Assembly (NCBI RefSeq): GCF_026571515.1
Contig: NW_026853081.1
Location: 186,001 to 250,000 of the forward strand
Origin: Ruditapes philippinarum
Lineage: Eukaryota
Length of the DNA: 64,000 nt
Direction: 5' to 3'
Part shown: positions 1-13,083 of the stretch, one piece after another
How the letters are laid out: each line of letters starts with the position of its first letter
Position numbering within the stretch: the stretch's first letter is position 1
Notes under the pieces: generated by a model
The model's database searches: none
The model's input: only the letters and a program-made list of their open reading frames with translations
Told to the model about the DNA's origin: nothing
Translations under genes and position numbers: made by a program

Positions 1-123
1 TATGATAATAAATTATTATGTAACTATAAACCATGAAATGCATTTTACGCTTTTTCAAAACCTTACGTGCTCAAGAAACAAAACTATTTGATTCTTAACA
101 TAATCCGATTTACAGATATGTAC

Positions 124-2817
124 CTTGAAAGCCAACCCAGAAGAGTCCAATTGAATTTATTTGTCCTTTCCACACCATTGTTAGATTCTGATTAGAAGAA
201 TTGTATTGTCCACTTCGGAAAGAGTCGCAGACGGAAACTAACACAGAACCTTGTTCTTGTTCAATTGTCAAGTTTTGTTGATTACCAGTACAGTTTAATC
301 GGTAGTCGTAAATTGTAATTGAAATAACCGGTGCCGGGCTGGTAATTTTACATTCACAGTGATGCGTGCCATCAACGGAACGGATAGCCGGATAGCCATT
401 GTTGTAGACAGATAGTTTCTGACCGGTTTTTGTAGACGCACTACATATGTCTGATATACTTGATGCTTCAATAATATGAAACAGTCTTAAAATGTTTAAC
501 GTTTTCAATACATATTTATATGCGTATTAAAAAGTCGCCAAGCGATTTCGGACATTAACTTATTTTGTACAGAGTTCATAAGTCAATCAAAAGTATATTA
601 CAATGGTATTAACATGATTAGATTTAATGAATTGTTATGTTGCATTTTTGCCTCCGATATTTTAATTTTTTGAAAAAATATCGATGTAATTGCTTTACGT
701 ATGTTAAGATTATTTAGATATTTTCATACATTTGACTGTGTTTGTTTATATGGGGTTTATATTTTAGCGACTCGACAAAACAATTAAACGCAAGGAAATA
801 TGAAGTCATACATTTTAGACATTCGAAATTAAATGCCATATAATCCGGTATATCGCCAAAACCTTTGCAATCATGAGACTTGTCAACCGCCGGAAATTGT
901 ACAGCATTCATGGCAACTTGTGCTGACCCCTTTTCAAGCATTAAACCCGTTTGGATATCGGACATTCTCTCTTCACAACCTTCCGTTTCTGCAAATTATT
1001 TGATTCAAAATACGATATTTACATATCAATCAATATGTTAAGTCTGTTTCTTAAATATAAATCAAAATATTCTGGAAGAGGTATTTGAATGCATAACATT
1101 TCTTACACCCGCTAGCACCGACTTCAGCAGCACATTTTAATCTCGATGATCATAACAAACCAGAGAAATTATATAACAAGATATTCAACATTTCATTTTG
1201 GCGTTTGTGCAATGTAATATATATGCCATGACTTTATATATCAGTTTTAAGATAAATTGACATAGTTGTATCTTCAAAATCTATAATACAGTATGACCCA
1301 CTTACAGGATTGCATAATCGATTAAATATCTGATGTAAAATGAAAACATTGAAACTCGTAAATAACAAACGTAGCCCGATTATAGTTAGAAGATAAAAAC
1401 AATTTAAAATATTTCAAAAATGTATAAAAAGTGTTAATAATTGTCGCATTAATAATTCATTTACATTGGTTAAACACTGAAAAATAAATTTAGTCCAATC
1501 TGCAGTACTGAATAAGTTATAAATACATTAACAAGAGAATGTTTAGAGAACCTGATATTTTTTCGAATGTTAGGAACCAAAATTTTAACATTAACTCTCT
1601 CCCTCCCAACTTTCAAATGTGAAGAACAAAGTTGAATAACTTGTCATACAGTAATACGGTATTTGCAGGGGTTACCTGTTCTATGTTCAAAATGCCACTA
1701 GTATTGATAGTTTGATATCAGAGGCCAATGCAGTAGCTATGTACGCAGGATTTTGTAATAATATCCATGGTTAATACAGACAGCAAACATACCTTGTGTT
1801 TCCGAACAGTTGGTCGACATGTTCAAGTACCCGAACATAATATTGTGGAGGCCGATCACAATAGGATCATCGCCTGCATCTTGGACACATTTTACATTTT
1901 TAAAATTGTGCATTCCTTCATTACAAACAACTTTTCTCAGAACACCCTGGTCATCTATAATGAGATGCAAATACTTTATTATCAAAGAGTTATCCATCAC
2001 AACAATAACTACAAGGATGAAAAACGTATTATGATTTTATTCGGCTGCTTTTGACATTGATATATTAACAATATTGTCTCATATACATGTATATTTCAAA
2101 TGTTATGCAGCCGGATAAAATATTATGACATGTGTACTTTATACATGTTTGTTAAAACATAAAAAGATTCATAATTTAGAGAAAAATCAACACCTTTTTA
2201 TCAGATGCACGTGCAATATAAACACTTATTCGAGAAAATTAGTTAAATAGTGAACTGTTGTCTGCAACTAAACAAATAGAAACTTAATCTACCTAAGTTT
2301 CTGCATGCACGGTTTATTGAAGTCAAAAAACGAAATGTTGAAACATTTGAACGTGTACACATACGATTATGAAATGAAACATGTAATCATGTATTATCTG
2401 TTATTTTAGTTGGTTAGATATTTATCCATGTCGACAATGTAAACGGTCTTATGGAGACCCTTTCCAGCTTAATTGTTGAATGAAGACCAAAGTTGTCCCT
2501 CAGTGCATTATTTCATGCACTAATGATGCTATATATAGACACATATTTTGGTGTTATTCTTTCTACTTTGCAATTGATATTGATTTGCTTGTTACTTTTG
2601 ATTTCAAACCGACACCGTAAAGGTCATACGATGACTTTCCAACTTTACTGGTGGAGGAAGAACTCAGGTGCCTTTCGAGCTGCAGCTGTTATTAAACAGT
2701 TGATACTATTGACAAGTATTTTAAATATTGAAAACCCTACTTACTATCATAGTATCCACTAGCGTATGTACAAATCGCACACAGGACCGAGAAAACAGAG
2801 ATAACTTTAACCAACAT
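124..2817 (-). CDS. R0: divergent SUEL-like + CUB-like extracellular/receptor protein, 5' part only (continues off window)
   Basis: Exons (minus): 2817-2745 signal peptide MLVKVISVFSVLCAICTYASGYYD; 1954-1793 (VVCNEG..KC..VIGLHNIMFGY..C); 988-812 (GCEE..HDCKGFGDIPDYMAFNFECLK); 465-124 (DICS..NNGYP..CECKI..YDYR..FWVGFQG). All GT-AG, all phase 1, open frame. Motifs match the two Cys domains of R1-R5. Confidence 0.8.
2440..2680 (-). mobile_element. Two fragments of a tRNA-derived SINE
   Basis: gactttccaactttactggtggaggaagaactcaggtgcc and related text, shared with the copies at 11.0, 17.5 and 59.2 kb. Confidence 0.6.
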
Positions 2818-3193
2818 TTCATAATAATGTTAAACATTCAATTAAGGTCCAATTATGAAACACGGAAGTGTGTTCAATTGACAATGTACATTAAAATGAT
2901 AAAACTTATCCATGTGTTTACAATTGCTGGGTAATAGGCAAATTCAGCGCAATGTTGATAAGATGATAATTTTGTTATCACATGTGTTAATGACACATAT
3001 ATTTATTCGTAACATAAAAGGTCATACCTCAACTGTTTTCAAGTGAATTGCTCGCTTCTAGATTGACAAAGAAAACATCAGTAGAAAACACAACGAATCT
3101 GACTGACTTTTTGTACAGTGCACCCTAATCTAAGTACTATGGAACCATTTAGATAACTATTGGCATGATTTCTACAGCGGATCTACTTGAAAT

Positions 3194-3329
3194 NNNNNNN
3201 NNNNNNNNNNNNNNNNNNNNNNNNNNNNNNNNNNNNNNNNNNNNNNNNNNNNNNNNNNNNNNNNNNNNNNNNNNNNNNNNNNNNNNNNNNNNNNNNNNNN
3301 NNNNNNNNNNNNNNNNNNNNNNNNNNNNN
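3194..3329. other. Assembly gap (N run)
   Basis: Run of N. Confidence 1.
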
Positions 3330-5882
3330 AATTTCATTTCTACTTTGTACATGGAACGAGCCTCGTTGTTACTATTCATAATATAATAAAATTAACAATG
3401 TCATACTGATAAAGAGCTAATATGTAAATTAGTATGTTATTAGTATGTTATTAGTTTTTGTGGCCAGTCGTATTTTTATATCAACTAATGAATACAGCCA
3501 AAGCATATAGGTTTTTTTACTCGAGTCTTTGTCAAAGGTGAACAATTTAGTCCTGGTGTTCTATCTGTTCAAGGAAATGTTAAATGATCTCTCATTGAAA
3601 TATAGAATGGCAATTATGATGTACAAATGAGGATAAGCAATGTTTACGGAATGCACAATTCCCAGTTCGCATGACCACTGAATTTGGAAACATTTTTCTA
3701 GAGTAAAAAAAGACGAATCATAGCTCAAACAGTTATTAGAAATTAATGCATATATCAAATTCCATATACAAAATGATTAAATAGTTGTTTTTTTGTACTA
3801 ATTTATCAGAATTTCATATATCTTGGCATAGTTATTGTTATAACTTGATTTTGCAACTCTGTTAATGAGGAAAATCATATATGTTAGTTTATTAAGGAGG
3901 CACCATGATAACACCATGATGACACCATGTCAACATGATAACAGCAAATGGCTATAAAGATTTAACATTATCCAAATAGTCGTGTTATTTGTTAATGCTT
4001 TCTCTTGTCAGTAAATGTGAGTCTTCGCAAAGGATTTTCATGAACCACAAATGCTGTTTTATAGCTATTTGTTACCTGTTGTTGAAAATGACATGAAAAG
4101 TATAACTCACATTCAGGGGCATATAACTCAACAAGTTGAATGATGACCACCATTTCTTTCCATGTGTTTCAATTATGATTTTCCTTAAAGACGTTTTCGG
4201 AAGTATTGTTCTTTTAACAAAAGCAAATAAGGAAAATTAAGATCTAAGGCAGAAAATTTTCTTAAACATTCCAAGGTAAATGCTCCTTATTTATCTTTGT
4301 AAAATTTACACTTCTTTAATATGTGTTTTGCCAATTGAAATATTTATTTAAAAGTTTTATTATTAATTTGTTGGAAATTGTAAGCAAATAATATCACGGG
4401 ACAAACCAATTATGAAACAAATCAGAGATGCATTAATCATACATATGGCAATAGAAAGAACGTTTCAAGGCAAAAAGCATTTACTAGTACTTGACGTACT
4501 TTTAAACTCGTACATTTCATTGAGTTTATTTACCTTCTCTCAATACCAAAGGGAGATTAAGCTTATGAAGTCACTTTGTTAATGATAGCTTGTTATCTCG
4601 AATTCAACTGCAAAACGAATAAAATTATTTGTCTCTGATACTTTTTACGTTTATTCTGTTGATAATAGACAATCTGATAGTTATTCTTATCTTCAGTATT
4701 CTGGGAAATATTTTTTAGTCTTTTAGTAATTATTTTAAATATATGTTTTGATCATAATCTACTGATAATTTCTTACTCATTTTCATAATTTTCATAATTT
4801 GTACTTTACTGGTTGGCTTATAAGCCATTTTCCTTTCGTTAATCCAATGGGTGACCTTTTTAAAATTTACTTTCCTTACGCGTCTGTTTTTTTGTCGATT
4901 TAATACAAGATGATTGTTTCCTTGTTGAAGAACGGAATGTACAAGTGTTCAAAACTTCCGTGTTTTCTTGTTTCGGAAGAACACACCCAATGTATCTATA
5001 GTAACTAAAGGTGTTTATAAGGATAATTGTTGTTTACGGTTTATTACTTGAAGAAAATTTGAAATGAACTTTAATTACATTATTGACATACAGATAAACA
5101 GTGTTTGTGAACGCAAAAAATTAACAGAGAAGTCAATTTCAATGACGGCCAAAATACGACTGTCCGTATAATTGTGATAAACCTTACAAATTTAACAATA
5201 AGAGATTTATGTTTAAAATTAAGCTTTGTACTAGATTGGTTTTAATTATTTTCTATAATATATGATAAGTTACTTAAATTTAATGGTCTATACGTTATTA
5301 GCTTATTTTTTAATCAGCTAAGAAGTAAATGTCATATTGCTGTCTTTGGGTAAATCAATGGTAATATGTTTTTGACAAGTTAATGCAGGATTTTTTTTCT
5401 TAAAGTGACAACTAAACATTTCATTTTTTTTTTGTATAATGTGAACATTGTTTCAAAAGAATGAAAAACTATTCTATATTTTAAATACAATTTTAGCTAA
5501 AGTCTTAAATTGTACAGAATTAAACATATAATTCCTTTGATATATTACCTTTCTGAAAAACAGTAGAATAAACACAATATATTGGCCTATTCAAGAATTA
5601 AAATTTATTGTATTTTGGAATATTATCAAAAGAAAGCTATGTATTGCATGTAAAATAATGAAATACGATATATTTAATGTAATTATAATGTTGCTAATTT
5701 CCTTAATATATTTTATTTGTCTGATTGTAAAATGCGATCCAACTAGACTTGGCACACTAACCCATATGTTACTTTCTTCATTTGCGACTATTTTGTACTT
5801 GGTCTGAAAAAATTAATGAATAGCAGAAACATATACGAAGCCATGTAAAACGAAAAACATGTGTTACCTTTTTTTAATAAAT

Positions 5883-6280
5883 ATATAGAGGATATTCAAG
5901 TTTTGTCTATAAATACATAATTTATTTTCATCGAGCGATATGAAAATAAATAGTTCATGAGTGGCGGTAGCCACGAGTGAAATATGATAATTTTCATGCC
6001 ACAAGATGAAAATAAATCATGTATTTATAGAAAAAAAATTGAATTTTCTGTTTATTTTATATATTTTTCTCTTTTTAGACATCACAATTTGACAGTCTTT
6101 TCCTTAAAATTTTCTATACTGGCAGAAGTTAAGAGAAAGTAGTCCGGCAAGACACCAGTGGAAATACGGAAAATATGTTTCACTGCAGTGAAAAATAGAT
6201 TTTTACAGTGAAAATACGGAAAATAAAAATACACATTTTATTTTATCAATATTTTTCAATATTTCATTTATAAGTATATA
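5883..6280. mobile_element. Foldback non-autonomous element with a long internal palindrome (possibly Crypton-type)
   Basis: Arms tataaatacataatttattttcatc and gatgaaaataaatcatgtatttata around the centre gagtggcggtagccacgag. Family assignment is tentative. Confidence 0.5.
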
Positions 6281-6806
6281 ATATATTATTATTATTTTTA
6301 TTGGCGCGATGCATTGAAGTCAATATAGACTATTATAATTATGGAGCCACCACTTTTTTGGCCTTTTATTCTCACACATTTTTCTTTAATCACATAAACC
6401 AACGTTTCATAATATAATGATAACATAAATTTACAATAATAATAATTTAATGCTCTTACAATTTAAAGTGCATTTAGATTTAAATAATCATTTTGCAAAA
6501 GATGCCGTTAAATAAAAAAATGAAAGGTACGCCAAATATCACTTGTATTTTTATAATGCTCATGCTGACATAAATACTTTTGATAAATTTCAACAACGTG
6601 ATAGCTCTACAATCTCTATACATTTCCATGTCTCACAACCATTTACGTTATTTATTGCACCAATGAATCATTGTGTCGGTGACTTTTTTATTTCTTCTTT
6701 ATTAACATTTACGACCGTTAAGCGGAACGAAATAGATAACACTGTGTAAACACCATAACACTGTAATTGCATAAAGGATGACAAGGTTATTGAAGTAGGA
6801 CTCACA

Positions 6807-9800
6807 ATGTTTTTAATGATCTGGTTTGTTTATCTAGGTAAGTGTAGAAGTAATTTTCACAGTACTTTTTTTTAATTATTACTCATCTAACAATAAAATG
6901 TTTTTAACGAATACATATTTAGAAGTACAATTTCGCCTTATCAGTGATATGAAAGTGCCACATTGTACCCGAAATACTTGGATAGTTATTAGTTGATATT
7001 CATCTTAAAATTGAGGAAGTTAATTTTCTCTTTTTCCAGTTACACAAAGTAAAGCATATTGTATAATCTCAGTAGTCATTTGAACTCGAAACATTAAATC
7101 AAGTACATGCATACCAAATTGTTTTGTTGCTAGGTTTACATGATGTCATTTTTATTTGTCATTCAAATACAAAAACCTTGCGAAATATCTACAAGGTCGC
7201 AATAATTATTTGTTACATTACCGAGGCCACCTGGAAGGAATGCACTCGGTAGATTCATAGAAATGTTAATTTGTTTAGTTTATTTATTCTGGCATGTTAT
7301 ACTATTGAATATACCTTTCAATACAAGTTGTTGATTTTTTTACTTACAATTCTATGCGAAAATATTATTACGGCATTGAAAATGTTAAATTTAATTTCAT
7401 AAACTACTTTTTCACAGGTTCCGTGAATTCTTTTCCCGATAACTCATCAATACTATGCTTCCTTCATGAAAACTTTAAAAGCAGTCCTTGTAATGATGAA
7501 TCTGAATCATTGTCATGTTCCGAAGATCAACAAATTAGAATAAAAGAGATTCAGATCTCCAAAAGAACAACTGGAAACACTGGAATTTGTAATGGCTGCA
7601 ACCTACAAGCAAATCAAGGTCACTGGGATACAGTTGATGGAATTGTATATTTTGAAACGTTACTTTATCAGGCTTGCTCAAGAAAGAGCCAATGCAACTT
7701 CTCTCAAGATGATATAGTACAAAGCAACGAGACTACTAAATATTTATGGAGAGCCAACATAATGTATGAGTGTGTAGAAAAAGGTGAGCATTGAGATTTT
7801 ATTGCCAAATTGTACATATGTTTGCATAATAGTAGCATTAATTACATATGATAATTGACGACATTAAAATAATTTAATTAAATATATCACTACATCGTTA
7901 AATGCAACTAAATTATGCGATTAAAAATGTTATGATGCTGCTTAAGTCTATAATAATTTGTAAATAAATTATGTCTACCCATTTTGGAAAGCTGGTCAAT
8001 ATCCACATGTTTACATGTTAGAATGACATAACAATTCAATTATTCAAGTTGGCCGTGGAAGACTCAAAAACACACAAAACACGTCAATCCCCACAACTTC
8101 CGAAGATCTTGCAAATCATTCTGACATAGCTGACAAATTGCATGATAGGTTTTATATATTTTATCATATTGTCTTCAGATTTGTTCAAAGATTTATGTTC
8201 ACCATGGAGACAAGAAACAGACTCCGTACATATTTCATTGAATACAACTGGTAACGCTACAAGAAATTGTTCATGTAGCATTATGGGGAACTCAGAAAAT
8301 GCCAGTATAGAAGTTGTTGACTACAGGCCATATATTAATGATATTGAATGTGCCGGACATTCGGTTGAAATCGATTGTATAGACTTGTTTGAATGTACTG
8401 AGAATGGCACAACCTTTTCTGTATACAACAAAAATATTACAGTTGACAACAATGTGACCGACATAACATTTCTATTTGGTGATTATTTGCCTAAAATGAT
8501 ATGGATTCATGTAAAAGGTAAACATTAAACATCTTTTTCTACATGTTTAAAACATTTGAATTATATGATTTGATCTTAGTGAAAACAAAAAAAAAACATT
8601 ATATAATTTAAACATTGTATATTGCATATTCAACAGATAACAATGCTTATATGAAAATCACTTAAATTTTTTCTATAACCCTTATAATTGATTGATAAAT
8701 GTATGTGTTTCAATATTTCTATCGCGCATAGGCAATAATTTGACAGTCAAGTGTAATGATTCGGAATACAGGCCGGTGCACCTATGTAGCATGTCAACAG
8801 TGGATACCACATCGACAACGACGTTATCAACCGTACCAGAAACAGAAACAGTTCCAAAGATGACAACTACGGAAGAGTCAAATACTACAACGACCTTTCC
8901 CCCATTTAATAACGAGGGTATGTGCATTATAAACAAATAGTCCTTGTACCTTAAAAACTTTATGGTCTTATAAGACACAATCCGATGCTCAAATGAAGAC
9001 TTATCAATATGATAAGTTATAAAAAGCATATCTTATAAAGATATGACCGGATATAACAGTTCATGTTAATATAGGAAGGTTATAAAAAAGTGTTGTTTTG
9101 GTAAAGTCATGACAAAAAAGATGCATTTTTTTTAAAACTTATTTATAAAACTTTTTGTATAAATGTAACACATTTTCAGATGTCTGTATATTGTGTTGGT
9201 AGGAAACTTATATTCTGGTACATAGTTTCACTGAATTGTGCTTAACTGCATTAGTTTCAATGTACATACAGGATCTTTAAAAGAAAATAAACATGTCGTT
9301 TTTATTTATCTGGAGTTATGTATATGATTCCTCATTTGTTATTATGTATACCATGTCAGCTATTCATCATTTTTAGACTATAAAATATTTTCTTTGTTCG
9401 CTTTTTTTACATTCATATTAAAATTGAAGAGGGGGCATTCCTAGCCGAGTGGTAACGGTTGTTGACCTCAGACCACTTGTTCCTCACCGCTGTCCTATCA
9501 GGGACATAGAATTCGTTCATGTGAGGAACTATTTGGAAGGGGCAAATGAGGTCATCCTCTTTTAAAGTTTGTATGTCGTCATCTAAATTTCATTGTGACT
9601 TATAACTCATTAACAACAACAATAATAATAGTAATAAAATGAGGACCAGAGAAAAGATATTGAAATATTATTTTTGATCATTAAATTCACATACATGCCA
9701 AAATCTGATAATTAATAATTTGTTTTGACTTTAAGGTAGCACAGACAGAAGTATTTTCAGCCTTCCCGTAATAGCCGGAGGGTCAGCAGGGTTGTTGGCT

Positions 9801-10944
9801 TTGATTGTTATCATTACTATCATTATTTGCATCCTTTGCAGAAGGTAAATGCATAGCATATATTTGATACCTTATTTGATATAATGTTTAAATACATGTC
9901 AACATATCATTGCAAAAAAACCCCCATCGATTCTATGTAAGAGAACAAAACCTAAAATCGGATATATTACGTTTGCTTAAACATAAACACTCTCCCTACA
10001 GATAACATTTCGAGTACTTCATCATTCTGTTATAGAACTGGTGACATTCGGCTTCTTTAAAACAAATCAACAAATCTCTTCGTACATTGTACATGTATAC
10101 ATCAGGTTTACAAATTATGGCATTAATAGCTAGACTAATGTCAAATAATAGTTACTTAAAATGACACTTGTCTTACAGGAAGTCAAATACCAAAGATAAT
10201 GGCAAGGAGAACATGTACGCAGTATATCACGCTGAATCAAACACGGCGAATATATCGACTAGAACAGATAGTGCCACGAAGGAAGGTTATAAAACCGAAA
10301 ATAACATAGTACATATCACAATGAAGGATACATTAAACTCAAACTATGAAGAAGTAGGGAAGAATATAGAAGAAGCAGATGCTGATGGTGGTGGTGACGA
10401 CACTGTTTATGCAGAGCCAGCAGATGTTGTTGATAACATTAATGCAGAAACAGATACAGGTATGCAGATGTCAAATAAAGCTCAGAATAAAACCGAGAGT
10501 GTTAATTACACGGAACCGTACGATAAAGCTCTTGTTATTGATAATAAAAGCCAAAATGACTATGCCAAAGTCATAAAATGTGGACGGAAGAAAGAAGCGT
10601 ACGACACGTGCACCGGAATCGACAAATATTCACACATCCAGATTGGAAAGACTAAGCAGGTACCAAAAACTGAGGACAACTATTCTCATATACAAATAGC
10701 CGGGAATAAAAATGAAAGCTCGTGTTCAGGAAATTATTCCCATACCAAAGTGAGACCAAGGGATGAATGTAAACCTCAGGAATGTTCTGACATGTACAGT
10801 CATGTTGAAATCAACACCACAAAACAACAAGACCTAGCTGATACGGGAAATAAATCAGTAGAAGTGGATAACAATAGTACAAGCTTAGAAGAAGTGGAAG
10901 AAGAAGAAGAATATGACCATTTGAACAATTTTTCTCATCACTGA
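6807..10944 (+). CDS. R1: type-I membrane receptor (SUEL-like, CUB-like, Thr stalk, TM, Tyr-motif tail), 598 aa
   Basis: Exons 6807-6837, 7418-7783, 8179-8517, 8732-8917, 9736-9844, 10179-10944. GT-AG, phases 1,1,1,1,2, total 1797 nt open. Signal MFLMIWFVYLGSVNS; TM LPVIAGGSAGLLALIVIITIIICILC-RRK; tail SNYEEV, YAEP, YTEP, YAKV, YSHI x2, YSHT, YSHV, EEEEYDHL. Confidence 0.92.
9431..9620 (+). mobile_element. Degenerate tRNA-derived SINE in R1 intron 4
   Basis: A-box-like head tagccgagtggtaa, body catgtgaggaa, (caa)/(taa) tail. Confidence 0.55.
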
Positions 10945-11029
10945 ATTATGTTAATTATATTATTATTAAAGGGTTAATATGAATGAAAATTGTATGGGTT
11001 TTAATTCCCATCATCATTGTAGTCGTCAA

Positions 11030-11262
11030 AGGGTGGTTTTGTAGCTTTATTAGGGGAGAACGACCTCAGGTGCCACATCGTGCTTTATTTCAGGCACGAA
11101 CGGACGCCTGAGTAGAGTAGAACCACTGACGTTTCGTAAAGCTAGATGGACAGCTTCTTTACATGATGGAGTCCAAAGTTCCTGGTAGAATTCGAACCCA
11201 TAGTGGGGAGGGTCAATTTGTTTTAAGTCAGTAAAGTTTACCACTCGGCCAAACACAAACCC
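11030..11262 (-). mobile_element. tRNA-derived SINE
   Basis: Minus-strand A box (tggccgagtggtaa) and B box (ggttcgaattc); body atttcaggcacgaacgg..ctgagtaga shared with other copies. Confidence 0.7.
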
Positions 11263-13083
11263 GTTATTTTTATTCGATAGAATCTGAAATTATTAGTTAT
11301 AGTTCGTAGTCCAATACGGGGTTTCTATGGTCCACGTCAACACTCATTTCCAAGCATATTACTTTAAAGGGTAACTTATGAAATATTCTATAAAATTTAT
11401 CAACAGTAAAGTTATATTGTTTCCATAATCTTATGCTGTTTCTTGAAGAATTTGTAAAATAAAATCTCTGTTATTTAACATGCATTAATATTGTCTGAAT
11501 ACAGAATAAGATGTTTCGGAGGAAAATATTATGCTGCTATTGAAAGTAGGTTTTAGCTAACATATGAGTCATTCCCTTTTAAGGCAATATACGACAATAC
11601 TATATTTCATACAAGTATTATGGAAGTATTATTCTACAAAATGAAAATAATAATTTTGCAGTAGATAGCTTAATATACACTTAAATTATTTGGATGAATA
11701 GTTCTTAACTAGTATATCCGTTTCTATCAGTAAATCACGCGCACATTTTGTTGATATCCGTTGTTTAACCTAATTTGATATATCGCCGTGTATATTGCAT
11801 TAAAACATTTAAACACTTTCTAAGTTATATATAACAGGCTCTTATTAAAACAGTCTAATGATTAAGGGTACTGTCATTAATAGCATCTTAAAAATTGTAA
11901 ATGCATGGTATTCTTCATAATGGACATACATTTGTGTAGCACATAGGATATCATAGGTCTTAATTTGTAAAGCTTTGTCATAATGAAGATCATATGTGGA
12001 TTAACTACAAAACATCTGCTTAAAAATAAACTATTCTTTATACAATGATAATGCAAAATATATGTATTTCCATTATAATAGGTAACGAATTGTTTTAATA
12101 ACAATCAGTCCACTTGACGATATTTTTTTGGTCATATTTAGCATTGAGGGAACATTCCTGCTTTAACACAGTGCATTTGTATTATTTTAAGACATTTGAC
12201 AGAAAGCCTACTCTCTGTAATATTAGTAGGTAGTGGTAACAGTATGTTAAGAACGAAATTGCAATAATTCGTCTGACCTTGTCAATGATTAAAGCAACAT
12301 ATTGAATTTGAATTTCATTTAGAATAATATACACGGCTTTGTGTGTTTGTATGTTTTTGCAATAAGGAAGTGCTATATAATTTACCTGAAATCTAAAGCT
12401 GTCATTGTAGGTGGTTTAGCAAGATAAAAAAGTAGTATGCGTATATTGTATAAACGAATATTAAATTGTAATATTTTGAAACAAATGTGAAAGTTATTTC
12501 GTCAAATAAGCCACTTGAACCAAGTCATAAGTGACAATGATACAGCGCTTATAACTTTACACAGACTCGATCATCTGTTGATACAAATCCTACCTGCAAG
12601 AACACATCAAAAGCTATCTTTAGGAATATAAGATAGTACTTAAGTTTACTTTGTTACTTTGTTTACAAACTAGAGAAAACAAGAAATGTCCAGTCCAGTG
12701 ATACAGTTCCATAGGTTTCTTAATTCAAAAAGGAAGTGTCTATCACATACGTTCCTTAAATTGCATTTGATCATGTACTGACAGTATCCCTTCCATGGGC
12801 TAAATAAAATTTGAATTTCTAATTTGAATTATAATTTATGTCAAGTTTTTAATTGTTTATTACAATATTATTATTTATGTTTTTACAGATATCACGTACG
12901 CCAACGTTACCTGCCAATTTGTAAATCACTTCATACTTTATTTACAATCTCAGTAATTTATTGTTTATAAATGTGACTTTCATAAGTCAGGTTTGTACGC
13001 GGAACGAAAAAGATCACATTTGGTAAAAAATATATAAATTAAATAACATATATGATGACAATTTTGTTTCAGTAGGATTTAAA

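Noticed and set aside
1107-1196. Apparent minus-strand signal exon with a gtaag donor
   Set aside because: Contains an in-frame stop and would create TAA on splicing. Exon 1954-1793 joins 988-812 cleanly without it.
3149-3386. ORFs spanning the first N gap
   Set aside because: Artefacts of the N run.
9431-9500. tRNA genes at SINE heads
   Set aside because: Only degenerate A/B boxes attached to SINE bodies; no cloverleaf.
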